Virus record (IMG/VR): IMGVR_UViG_3300045580_000181 | Span: 1 to 30,811 of that record | DNA from: a virus | Lineage: Duplodnaviria > Caudoviricetes | Reading direction: 5' to 3' (one strand) | Length of the DNA stretch: 30,811 nucleotides | Shown: positions 18,472-24,705 of the stretch, piece after piece | Layout of the letters: every line of letters starts with the position of its first letter | How positions within the stretch are numbered: the first letter of the stretch is position 1 | Program-made: the position numbers and the translations under genes | The notes under the pieces: model-generated | Told to the model about the DNA's origin: nothing | Seen by the model: the letters and a program-made list of their open reading frames with translations, nothing else | Databases searched by the model: none

Positions 18472-18782
18472 TTGCCGTCCTCCTTGTAGCAGTCCCACCC
18501 GCGTTCTTCTGCATATATGCGAAGCGCAAGTTGAATGACCTCATCATCTTGCGGGCACGGTTGGCGGTTACGTCTACACAACTCTCGCCTTGCCTCGTCT
18601 CGCTCGTCGGTGAGGGCATGAATCCGCTCCCACAGTTCCGCCATGATCCCGTCCTGATCCTGAATCCTGCGTTGAGTGCCTAACGCTTGCACGCGCAGCC
18701 GTTCGATCTCGTCGGCGGCTTCACGGACCATAGGCCATGCTGACGGAATCTGACGCAGCCGCTTCACGATGTCGTCGCTCAC
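18468..18782 (-). CDS. Hypothetical coiled-coil protein (SDDIV/EAADEIERLR family)
   Basis: SDDIVKRLR...EAADEIERLR...ERDEARR...RGWDC. Confidence 0.7.
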   Translation of the reverse strand: MSDDIVKRLRQIPSAWPMVREAADEIERLRVQALGTQRRIQDQDGIMAELWERIHALTDERDEARRELCRRNRQPCPQDDEVIQLALRIYAEERGWDCYKEDGK

Positions 18783-18955
18783 TTTCGGCCTCCCGTCAGT
18801 TGAACGAGCTGCGCCTTGAGTTCCGCGAGTCGGCGGCGGTCGTCCTTCATGGACTTCTCGAGCCGCTGGATCTCTGCGCGCACGGTCGCCTCGGTGACAT
18901 GGTTGCGGATGCTCGAGCGCCAGGGATGGCCCGACGCGGGACGGGTGGCGGTCAT
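18779..18955 (-). CDS. Small coiled-coil hypothetical protein (58 aa)
   Basis: ATGA overlap, GGAGG RBS; MTATRPASGHPWRSS... Confidence 0.65.
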   Translation of the reverse strand: MTATRPASGHPWRSSIRNHVTEATVRAEIQRLEKSMKDDRRRLAELKAQLVQLTGGRK

Positions 18956-19194
18956 CGCCTGACCTCCGCGATCTGGTCGAGCAGTCGCCGGCACGCGCCA
19001 GGCGACAGCGCCGTCTTGCCCGTGTGGCAAAGCGACAGGTACGTCGGGGAAAGCCCGATGGCCCGTGCGAGGGCGCGCAGGGACCGTTCGCCCTTGGCTG
19101 CGTCGATGATGGCGCGCGACCTGCGCGCGAGCATCGTGTGCGCCGTGTCGGCCGCGTCGAGCGCGGCGCGGATCTCCGTTGGGTCGATCCTCAT
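18952..19194 (-). CDS. XRE/Cro-type HTH DNA-binding protein
   Basis: SLRALARAIGLSPTYLSLCHTGK. Confidence 0.8.
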   Translation of the reverse strand: MRIDPTEIRAALDAADTAHTMLARRSRAIIDAAKGERSLRALARAIGLSPTYLSLCHTGKTALSPGACRRLLDQIAEVRR

Positions 19195-19580
19195 GGCTGC
19201 GGCTCCCAGCTGTTGAGCAGACGGACGAGGTCTTCCGCATCGCGGCGGTCCAACTGGAACTCCAGCCGGTGCGGCGTGTACGGGTTGTCCCCTTGCTGGC
19301 GGACAAACACGCCGTCGTCGCGCATCGGGTTCGGGTAGGTCGCCCAGGTGATGCCGTGCCGGAACATGGGCCGAGCCATCGCGGCTAGCCATTGCATCCG
19401 ATACCGCTCGGCCTGCGTCTCGAGCGAGCAGGTCGCCCGTAGCACGGTGATCTCGGTATCCGCGCGCTCGAGCGCGTTCGCGGCATCCTCGATCGCTTCC
19501 ATGAGCATTCCCTTGGGCAGTCCCTTGCCGTCGATCGCCTCGCGCAGCGCGGCTATGAGTTCCTTGCGTGTCCGTTCCAT
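19191..19580 (-). CDS. Hypothetical protein (129 aa)
   Basis: AGGAG RBS before MERTRKEL. Confidence 0.7.
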   Translation of the reverse strand: MERTRKELIAALREAIDGKGLPKGMLMEAIEDAANALERADTEITVLRATCSLETQAERYRMQWLAAMARPMFRHGITWATYPNPMRDDGVFVRQQGDNPYTPHRLEFQLDRRDAEDLVRLLNSWEPQP

Positions 19581-19594
19581 CGCGTGTCTCCTGT

Positions 19595-19888
19595 TCAGGT
19601 TGCACGGCAGACCATCTGCTGCCGTCCGTTCGGTCCTAGCCGCGTCTCGCCTGTCGGGGCGATCCTGCGCGCGGCGCGCAGGTCGCTGCATCGTTTCCAG
19701 AATCCAGACGCAGTCAGCCCTGCGCGAACCGCGGCCTCGTAGTCGGTCAGGCCAGACGAGCCGGCGCGCTGGAACTCCTCCAGCAAGCGATCGCAGTCGG
19801 AGTGCCATCGGAACTTGGACTGCCGCGCCGCCGACTTGCTCGTCTCTGGGTCGGTTGCGCGCGCCTGGAACAGCGGTAGCTCGTTCAA
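19595..19888 (-). CDS. Winged-HTH-like protein
   Basis: TTGA overlap start; ARATDPETSK.AA...GLTDYE...WKRCSDL...TGETR. Confidence 0.7.
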   Translation of the reverse strand: MNELPLFQARATDPETSKSAARQSKFRWHSDCDRLLEEFQRAGSSGLTDYEAAVRAGLTASGFWKRCSDLRAARRIAPTGETRLGPNGRQQMVCRAT

Positions 19889-20157
19889 TCCTGCCTCCGT
19901 TCGATGCGGATCGCGCGGTCGAGCGAGAGGCACAGACGCACCTTCGCGTGGTTCGGAACGTGTTCTACCGCGACGTAGCCGAGGTCGACCCCGTCGCGCG
20001 TGAGCCAGATTCGGTCGCCCATTCGGCAGGACCGCATCACGGTTCCCCGCGGGGAGAGGTGCAGGTCGGACTGCACCTCCCCCGCGGCTGGGGAGACACC
20101 CGCGTCGTGCGGGGCCAGTTCTCCCGATTGTATCGCTTCCATGCGTTTGCCTTTCAC
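19885..20157 (-). CDS. Divergent CsrA/RsmA-like RNA-binding protein
   Basis: TVMRSCRMGDRIWL...YVAVEHV...KVRLCLSLDRAIRIER aligns by eye with CsrA MLILTRRVGETLMI...VTVTVLGV...QVRIGVNAPKEVSVHR. Start at GTG 20157 or ATG 20142. Confidence 0.55.
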   Translation of the reverse strand: MKGKRMEAIQSGELAPHDAGVSPAAGEVQSDLHLSPRGTVMRSCRMGDRIWLTRDGVDLGYVAVEHVPNHAKVRLCLSLDRAIRIERRQD

Positions 20158-20675
20158 TTGATCGAGATGCGTGTGCCGCGCTCCATGAGCGTTGCGAACT
20201 CCAGCTGCTCGCCGGCCTCCAGGCGAGCGCGGATCGCGTCCTTGTCTGGGTAGACGAGGGTTTCGCGCTTGACCGCCCAGACCGGCATGGACTCGATGTC
20301 GCCGTGGATGTCGAGCGGAGCCTTGCCGCCGTTCCTGGCGAGCGAGAAGCGGAAGTTCGGCGTGTCGACCTTTCCGAGCGCGCGCGCCTCCCAGAGCAGC
20401 CGCAGGCGCTCGCGCAGGTTCTCCGCGGCGGTCGCGTCGGCCTTCGCCAGCGCGGCGATGCGCTTGGCCTCGTCGGCGCGGGCCTTGCTGCGGGCCTCTA
20501 GTTCGTAAATAAGCCGCGCGTAGTTCTCAAGCTTGCCGTGGAGGTCGCCTTGAATCTCAGCCTCCCAGGCGGTGATGGCCTGGTCGACCTGCGGCGTGAT
20601 CTCGCCGCCTGATTCCCAAAGCAGCGACTCGAGCGCGGCCATGTCGGCCGAGATGTCCCAGATGGTTCGCGTCAC
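20154..20675 (-). CDS. Siphovirus Gp157 family protein
   Basis: TIWDISAD...KLENYARLI...EAKRI...ARNGGK...PDKDAIR..L.AG...ISIK. Confidence 0.85.
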   Translation of the reverse strand: MTRTIWDISADMAALESLLWESGGEITPQVDQAITAWEAEIQGDLHGKLENYARLIYELEARSKARADEAKRIAALAKADATAAENLRERLRLLWEARALGKVDTPNFRFSLARNGGKAPLDIHGDIESMPVWAVKRETLVYPDKDAIRARLEAGEQLEFATLMERGTRISIK

Positions 20676-21157
20676 GACCGTGCCTCCGTGTAGTAGTAGC
20701 CGACCTCGACCTGGTCGAGCGGCAGGACTTTCTGGATGTACGCGACGCGGCCTTCGTGGGTGATCCACACAGAGCCGTCGTCGTCCTCGCTGATGAGTTG
20801 GAAGTTCTCTCCGCGCAGCGCGTCCTCCGCGAGTTCCTGCGTTGCGAAGGTCTTGACCGGCCCGTCGATGATCGCGTCGTTCAGCGGGTCGCAGATGTCG
20901 GTTCCGTCAGGCGGCAGGCGGTGCGCCAGCATCAGGCCCTGCTCGCCGGCGAACGCGCAGACGCGCGAGGTCGGCGCTTTGCCTCCGATCGACTCGATGT
21001 ACTCGACCGCGACGTATCCGCGCTGCGGTAGCTCCGCGCGCAGCCGGCGCGCGACCTCCCCGAGCTGGGAGACGGCGGCGGTTCCCCAGGTTCCCGAGGA
21101 ACCGAACGGCGACCAACAGCAGACGGTCCAGCGGATCCATTTGAACTTCAGCGTCAT
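20672..21157 (-). CDS. Hypothetical protein (161 aa)
   Basis: GGAGGT RBS; overlaps at both ends. Confidence 0.65.
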   Translation of the reverse strand: MTLKFKWIRWTVCCWSPFGSSGTWGTAAVSQLGEVARRLRAELPQRGYVAVEYIESIGGKAPTSRVCAFAGEQGLMLAHRLPPDGTDICDPLNDAIIDGPVKTFATQELAEDALRGENFQLISEDDDGSVWITHEGRVAYIQKVLPLDQVEVGYYYTEARS

Positions 21158-21270
21158 GCCGCACCTCCGCGGCAGACGGCCGTCGTCGGCAGCTTCGTGG
21201 TGATTCGGACACGCGGCGGCAGGTAGAGCGATGCCGCTACGACGGCGACGATGAGGAGGAGCTGCGTCAA
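21154..21270 (-). CDS. Small hydrophobic peptide (38 aa), absent from the ORF track
   Basis: TTG start with GGAGGT RBS; exactly bridges two overlaps; MTQLLLIVAVVAASLYLPPRVRITTKLPTTAVCRGGAA. Confidence 0.6.
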   Translation of the reverse strand: MTQLLLIVAVVAASLYLPPRVRITTKLPTTAVCRGGAA

Positions 21271-21578
21271 GCCGCACCTCCGATCTGCTCGTCGCGGTAG
21301 TTGCAGCCGACGCGGGCCGACTCGTCGCGGATCGCGTCGAGGTCGATGCCGTCGATGAGCGCCTTGACCGCATCGCGGTTCTCGCGGCGCATCACGCGGG
21401 CGAACGCCTGGAGCATGGTTCGGGCCTCGATGAAGTCGCTAGGCGCGCCGTCGTGGGCATCGCAAACGCGGTCGATGATCTCCGCGCGGATATGCATGGG
21501 AAGTCCTTCGCAGGCTTCGATGCGGTCAAGCGCCGCACAGAATGTCGGGAACCGTCGCGTTTCGTTCTGGTTGCTCAT
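21267..21578 (-). CDS. Hypothetical protein (103 aa), first gene of an early operon
   Basis: ACGGAG RBS before MSNQNE. Confidence 0.7.
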   Translation of the reverse strand: MSNQNETRRFPTFCAALDRIEACEGLPMHIRAEIIDRVCDAHDGAPSDFIEARTMLQAFARVMRRENRDAVKALIDGIDLDAIRDESARVGCNYRDEQIGGAA

Positions 21579-21593
21579 TGCTGTCTCCGTTCT

Positions 21594-21608
21594 GCGGCAT
21601 CTTGCCGC
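21594..21608 (-). promoter_or_regulatory. Leader hairpin variant GCGGC-AAGAT-GCCGC upstream of the RBS
   Basis: Same stem and downstream AGAACGGAGAC as the 22306 copy. Confidence 0.6.
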
Positions 21609-21619
21609 GGTTGATGCGA

Positions 21620-21649
21620 AGAGTGTAGCAAACACTCTACAGGCTGCAA
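21620..21649 (-). promoter_or_regulatory. Sigma70-like promoter with overlapping palindromic operator
   Basis: TTGCAG-N16-TACACT with extended TG; inverted repeat AGAGTGT-N5-ACACTCT at 21620-21638. Confidence 0.6.
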
Positions 21650-21746
21650 CAGGGTTCGGCGGGATTCCGTCCCGATTTCAGAGATTATTTCGGACGCTAG
21701 CAAATCGCCCCAGGAGCCCCGTAGGGCCGCCCGACGCTGGCAGCCC

Positions 21747-22289
21747 CTATCGGGCAGCCACGCGCCCAGAGCCCCGCAGCGGGGCGCAGCGCGCCCAGAA
21801 CGCCCTAGCCGTCAGCCCGTCGATCCCGCGGTCGGCAACGATGTCGGAAACGGCTAGAACCCAGCTGTGCGGCCACCCGTCGATCGGACCCTCGGGACGC
21901 ACCCAGCCGGCAGCCTGAAGCGACGAGATAGCCGCCTCGCGCGTCTCGTCGTCGGCATCGCGGATCTCCTGGCGAAGGCGCGACCATTCAAGCGCCGTCA
22001 CGATCCTCTGCTCGCTCGCCGTCATCGTCGTCTCCAGTCGCGCCGCTAGGCGCTCGGCATCCAAACGCTGCTCGCGCGCGATCCGCGCGTACTCGAGGAA
22101 CCGCGCCGGCAGGAAGCGTCCCGTCTCGCCGCCGTAGTCGAGCGCGTACGCGTCGAGCGCCGTCATGCAGTCCCGCGCGTCAAGCGCCGCGATGGCGCGC
22201 CGCGCCAGCGCAAACAGCTCCTCGTCCATCGGGCCGCGGAACATCCTGCGCGCCCGTCCGATGAAACCAGCCAACTCCGTCGAGTCCAT
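21747..22289 (-). CDS. Hypothetical helical protein (180 aa), possibly replication-associated
   Basis: Strong RBS; N-term loosely resembles helicase-loader-like domains, but this is uncertain. Confidence 0.6.
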   Translation of the reverse strand: MDSTELAGFIGRARRMFRGPMDEELFALARRAIAALDARDCMTALDAYALDYGGETGRFLPARFLEYARIAREQRLDAERLAARLETTMTASEQRIVTALEWSRLRQEIRDADDETREAAISSLQAAGWVRPEGPIDGWPHSWVLAVSDIVADRGIDGLTARAFWARCAPLRGSGRVAAR

Positions 22290-22305
22290 TCGCGTCTCCG
22301 TTCTC

Positions 22306-22324
22306 GCGGCTCCGTGCCGCGTTC
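22306..22324 (-). repeat. 19-bp leader repeat copy 1 (GAAC-GCGGC-ACGGA-GCCGC)
   Basis: Identical to 24391-24409; hairpin with an ACGGA loop just upstream of the SD. Confidence 0.85.
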
Positions 22325-22667
22325 AGCGGACACTATACCGCTTCGCAAGTCGCGCGTCCAACAGAGCGCCCGTCAACGTCGCGCCGTCTGGCCGGCTGAT
22401 CTCCGCGAGCATCCGCCCGTACTTGTCGTCCTTGGTCGTGCGCGCGACCAGATCCCCGTCCGAAGCCTCGAGCCATCCGCGCACGAAATCGCGCGCCGCC
22501 TTAGCGCGTTCCTTCTCGCCCTTCTCCTTGCTTGCCATCTCCGCGGTGTCGATGCCGATGAGGCGAACGCGCGTCTTGATCCTGATCGAGAAGCCGAGGT
22601 CGAGGACCAGGTCGAGCGTGTCGCCGTCGACGACCTTCACGACCTGAGAGACTGCATATTCAAACAT
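22323..22667 (-). CDS. Thermonuclease (SNase-like) family nuclease
   Basis: MFEY...VVKVVDGDT.D..LDLGF...RVRLIGIDTAE...DKYGRMLA; no signal peptide. Confidence 0.9.
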   Translation of the reverse strand: MFEYAVSQVVKVVDGDTLDLVLDLGFSIRIKTRVRLIGIDTAEMASKEKGEKERAKAARDFVRGWLEASDGDLVARTTKDDKYGRMLAEISRPDGATLTGALLDARLAKRYSVR

Positions 22668-22807
22668 ATTCTCCTCCTCCTCCTGCACGGGTTGCATCCG
22701 TATCGGATCGACCCTTCGCGCGCGCGCGCGTGTCGTGCAAATCACGGTTAGAGCAACCGAGCCATCTCACGCCAACCGTTCAGGAGGAGGAGAAAAGGTT
22801 TGATATG
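22655..22807. repeat. Long imperfect inverted repeat covering the nuclease RBS and start codon
   Basis: 22655-22694 catattcaaacatattctcctcctcctcctgcacgggttg versus the reverse complement of 22773-22807, catatcaaaccttttctcctcctcctgaacggttg. Confidence 0.85.
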
Positions 22808-22863
22808 GAGGGGAGTACCGAACCAGCAAGCGCGTAGTTGGAACGCAGGGCTCAGGTGGGGGG

Positions 22864-22894
22864 ATTCTAAAGGGGGGAGGGGATGGTTCGTCAA
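22864..22894 (-). promoter_or_regulatory. Possible sigma70-like promoter
   Basis: TTGACG-N19-TAGAAT immediately after a terminator; the spacer is longer than optimal. Confidence 0.4.
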
Positions 22895-22916
22895 GCGGAA
22901 AAATCCTCCGATTCCG

Positions 22917-22951
22917 AAAAAGAACGCGACCCCGCGTTTCCGCAGGGCCGC
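22917..22951 (-). terminator. Rho-independent terminator
   Basis: GCGGCCCTGCG-GAAA-CGCGGGGTCGC followed by GTTCTTTTT. Confidence 0.8.
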
Positions 22952-22977
22952 GCCTCCGACGCAGGGAACATCCCTGC

Positions 22978-23340
22978 TCAGTACCGATCGGCTGCGCGCA
23001 GAAGCAGCACTAGCCGGATGGCTCGCGCCACCAGGTCGAACCGCGTCTGCTGGTCCGCAAGCTCCCACGCCAGCTCCCGCCGCTCGACGATCCCAACCGA
23101 GCAGGACAGCCGCTCACCGATCGCCTCGCGCGTCGGCCGCAGATGGCCTGGCATCAGGTCAAGGACGATCCCGACGAGCGCCGCCTGTCGGAACGCGCCG
23201 ACGCTCGCGTCCCTCGAGACGATGCGCGCCGCGTCCACGGCTTCCCCCAGGCTGACGGCGCGGAACACCTCCGCGTCGTCAGCCGCGATCCCGACCTGCC
23301 AGCGGACGGCCGCCGACCCTGCCTCATGGTCGCGGTTCAT
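22978..23340 (-). CDS. Hypothetical protein (120 aa)
   Basis: ATGA overlap with bet; GGAGG RBS. Confidence 0.65.
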   Translation of the reverse strand: MNRDHEAGSAAVRWQVGIAADDAEVFRAVSLGEAVDAARIVSRDASVGAFRQAALVGIVLDLMPGHLRPTREAIGERLSCSVGIVERRELAWELADQQTRFDLVARAIRLVLLLRAADRY

Positions 23341-24290
23341 GACCGGCCCTCCGCGATGATCTCGCGCGCGATCCGCTTCCCGCCGACGACCTCGATACGG
23401 ACGAGGCTTGAGATGCGGAAGGCGATGTTCGCTTCCAGCTGCGAGGCAAGCCGCGAATCCGTGACCGCGATCGGCTGCGGGCAGTTCGGGCAGTCGAGCC
23501 GCCAGACCGTCCCGCCCTTCTTGCCGGCGACCTGCGCGACCGCGCAGTCGGGCGGGATCCAGACCTGATCCTCTGCCGTGACCTCAGGAGCGGCCGCAGC
23601 CGCCGCTACGGGCGTAGGCGACAGCAGGCTGTCTAGATCGGCCTTCCGCTCCGCTTGGCTCTGCGGAGCCTCCACGGTCGCGGGAAGGGCCGCTGGGGCC
23701 GCCTTGGGCGCGGGCGCGGCCTCGGGAGCCGTCTCGGCCTGGGCCATCTCCTCGGCCGTGTACAGGCCTGACAACTCCGCGGGGAAGGCCTTGCGGAGCG
23801 CCAGCGCTTCGGCGCACTTGGCGAGCATCAGGCTCGGCATCTTGGCCCACATGGGAAGTGGCTGGCCGGTCTTGTTGTTCCGCGGGCAATACTCCCGCCA
23901 GAGCGCCGTCGCGTAGAGCGGCTCCGCGAAGCCGCGACGGTAGCAGCCGACCCGCGCCGCCGCTGGCGGATCGTCCGACAGCCAGATGTCGCGCCACACG
24001 CCGTCCGCGGCGCACCAGGTGACGGCCGTCTGCCCTGCGTATTCGCCCGACCGCTGCGCGACAAGGCGCGCGCCGTCGATCGAAACCTGAGGCTGACGGA
24101 CCTCCATCCCGAGCTTCGCGTCCCAGCGCGGGACGAGGTAAATCTGGCGGGCGAACGGGTCGAGCCCCGTGCGGTCGCAGATGGCAACGAACAGAGCGAG
24201 TTCGTCGCGCGATGCGCCCTTGGCGATTGTGCGGGTCAGAAGGTCGACCCGCTCAGGCGACAGGCTCTGCCGTGCGAGTTCGGTAGTCAT
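23337..24290 (-). CDS. bet: Bet/RecT-family single-strand annealing recombinase
   Basis: GLDPFARQIY, SIDGARLVAQRSGEYAG, W.KMP..MLAKCAEALALRKAFP.ELSGLYT.EEM; start MTTELARQ. Confidence 0.92.
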   Translation of the reverse strand: MTTELARQSLSPERVDLLTRTIAKGASRDELALFVAICDRTGLDPFARQIYLVPRWDAKLGMEVRQPQVSIDGARLVAQRSGEYAGQTAVTWCAADGVWRDIWLSDDPPAAARVGCYRRGFAEPLYATALWREYCPRNNKTGQPLPMWAKMPSLMLAKCAEALALRKAFPAELSGLYTAEEMAQAETAPEAAPAPKAAPAALPATVEAPQSQAERKADLDSLLSPTPVAAAAAAPEVTAEDQVWIPPDCAVAQVAGKKGGTVWRLDCPNCPQPIAVTDSRLASQLEANIAFRISSLVRIEVVGGKRIAREIIAEGRS

Positions 24291-24373
24291 CGCGCCCCCT
24301 TGTCGTCGAAGAGCGGCCAGAAAGCCGCGGCGAGAATGAAGGCGACGAAAGCGATCGTCACTACGATGTCCAT
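24287..24373 (-). CDS. 28-aa single-TM peptide, absent from the ORF track
   Basis: AGGAG RBS; MDIVVTIAFVAFILAAAFWPLFDDKGAR; stop overlaps the bet ATG. Confidence 0.7.
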   Translation of the reverse strand: MDIVVTIAFVAFILAAAFWPLFDDKGAR

Positions 24374-24390
24374 GCGTGTCTCCTAGTTCT

Positions 24391-24409
24391 GCGGCTCCGT
24401 GCCGCGTTC
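24391..24409 (-). repeat. 19-bp leader repeat copy 2
   Basis: Identical to 22306-22324. Confidence 0.85.
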
Positions 24410-24414
24410 CGTAA

Positions 24415-24705
24415 ATGGTAATCGGTATTCCGCCCGTGCGCCTACAGGAAAATCCGAAAAATCTCCACCCGAGCCTCAAATCCCGCAGGGTCAGGGCGTT
24501 TCTTCTGCGGACGAGGGCCGCCGTTCGGCGCACGGACGCGCCGTTCGGCGGTTCCCGCAGGCCGGCAGAGCGCGCGGAACTTGAGCGCCACGACCTCGAC
24601 CTGCTGGACCTGCTGACGCTCGCGCTCGACACCGCCGAGGACCACGACCTCCAGATCCTCATCAGCTACGCGCGAACGAGCCTGATCCTCTCGCTCACGC
24701 GATGA
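24415..24705 (+). CDS. Possible sole plus-strand gene (helical hypothetical); start uncertain
   Basis: Fills the gap between minus-strand operons; the 3' half has strongly GC3-biased codons (LERHDLDLLDLLTLALDTAEDHDLQILISYAR). Confidence 0.45.
   Translation: MVIGIPPVRLQENPKNLHPSLKSRRVRAFLLRTRAAVRRTDAPFGGSRRPAERAELERHDLDLLDLLTLALDTAEDHDLQILISYARTSLILSLTR

Noticed and set aside
22804-22860. tRNA-like GGTTCGGTACTCCCCTCCA on the minus strand
   Set aside because: No matching 5' acceptor strand, D-arm or anticodon arm.
22668-23068. N-terminal extension of the nuclease (to 22745) and ORF 22748-23068
   Set aside because: The strong SD and family N-terminus favour 22667; the other ORF crosses a terminator and lacks gene-like codon usage.
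17503-24425. Sigma28-like CCGAT boxes near operon starts (17503, 22702, 24421)
   Set aside because: The pentamer is very common in this genome and there is no consistent -35 element; only worth revisiting with TSS data.
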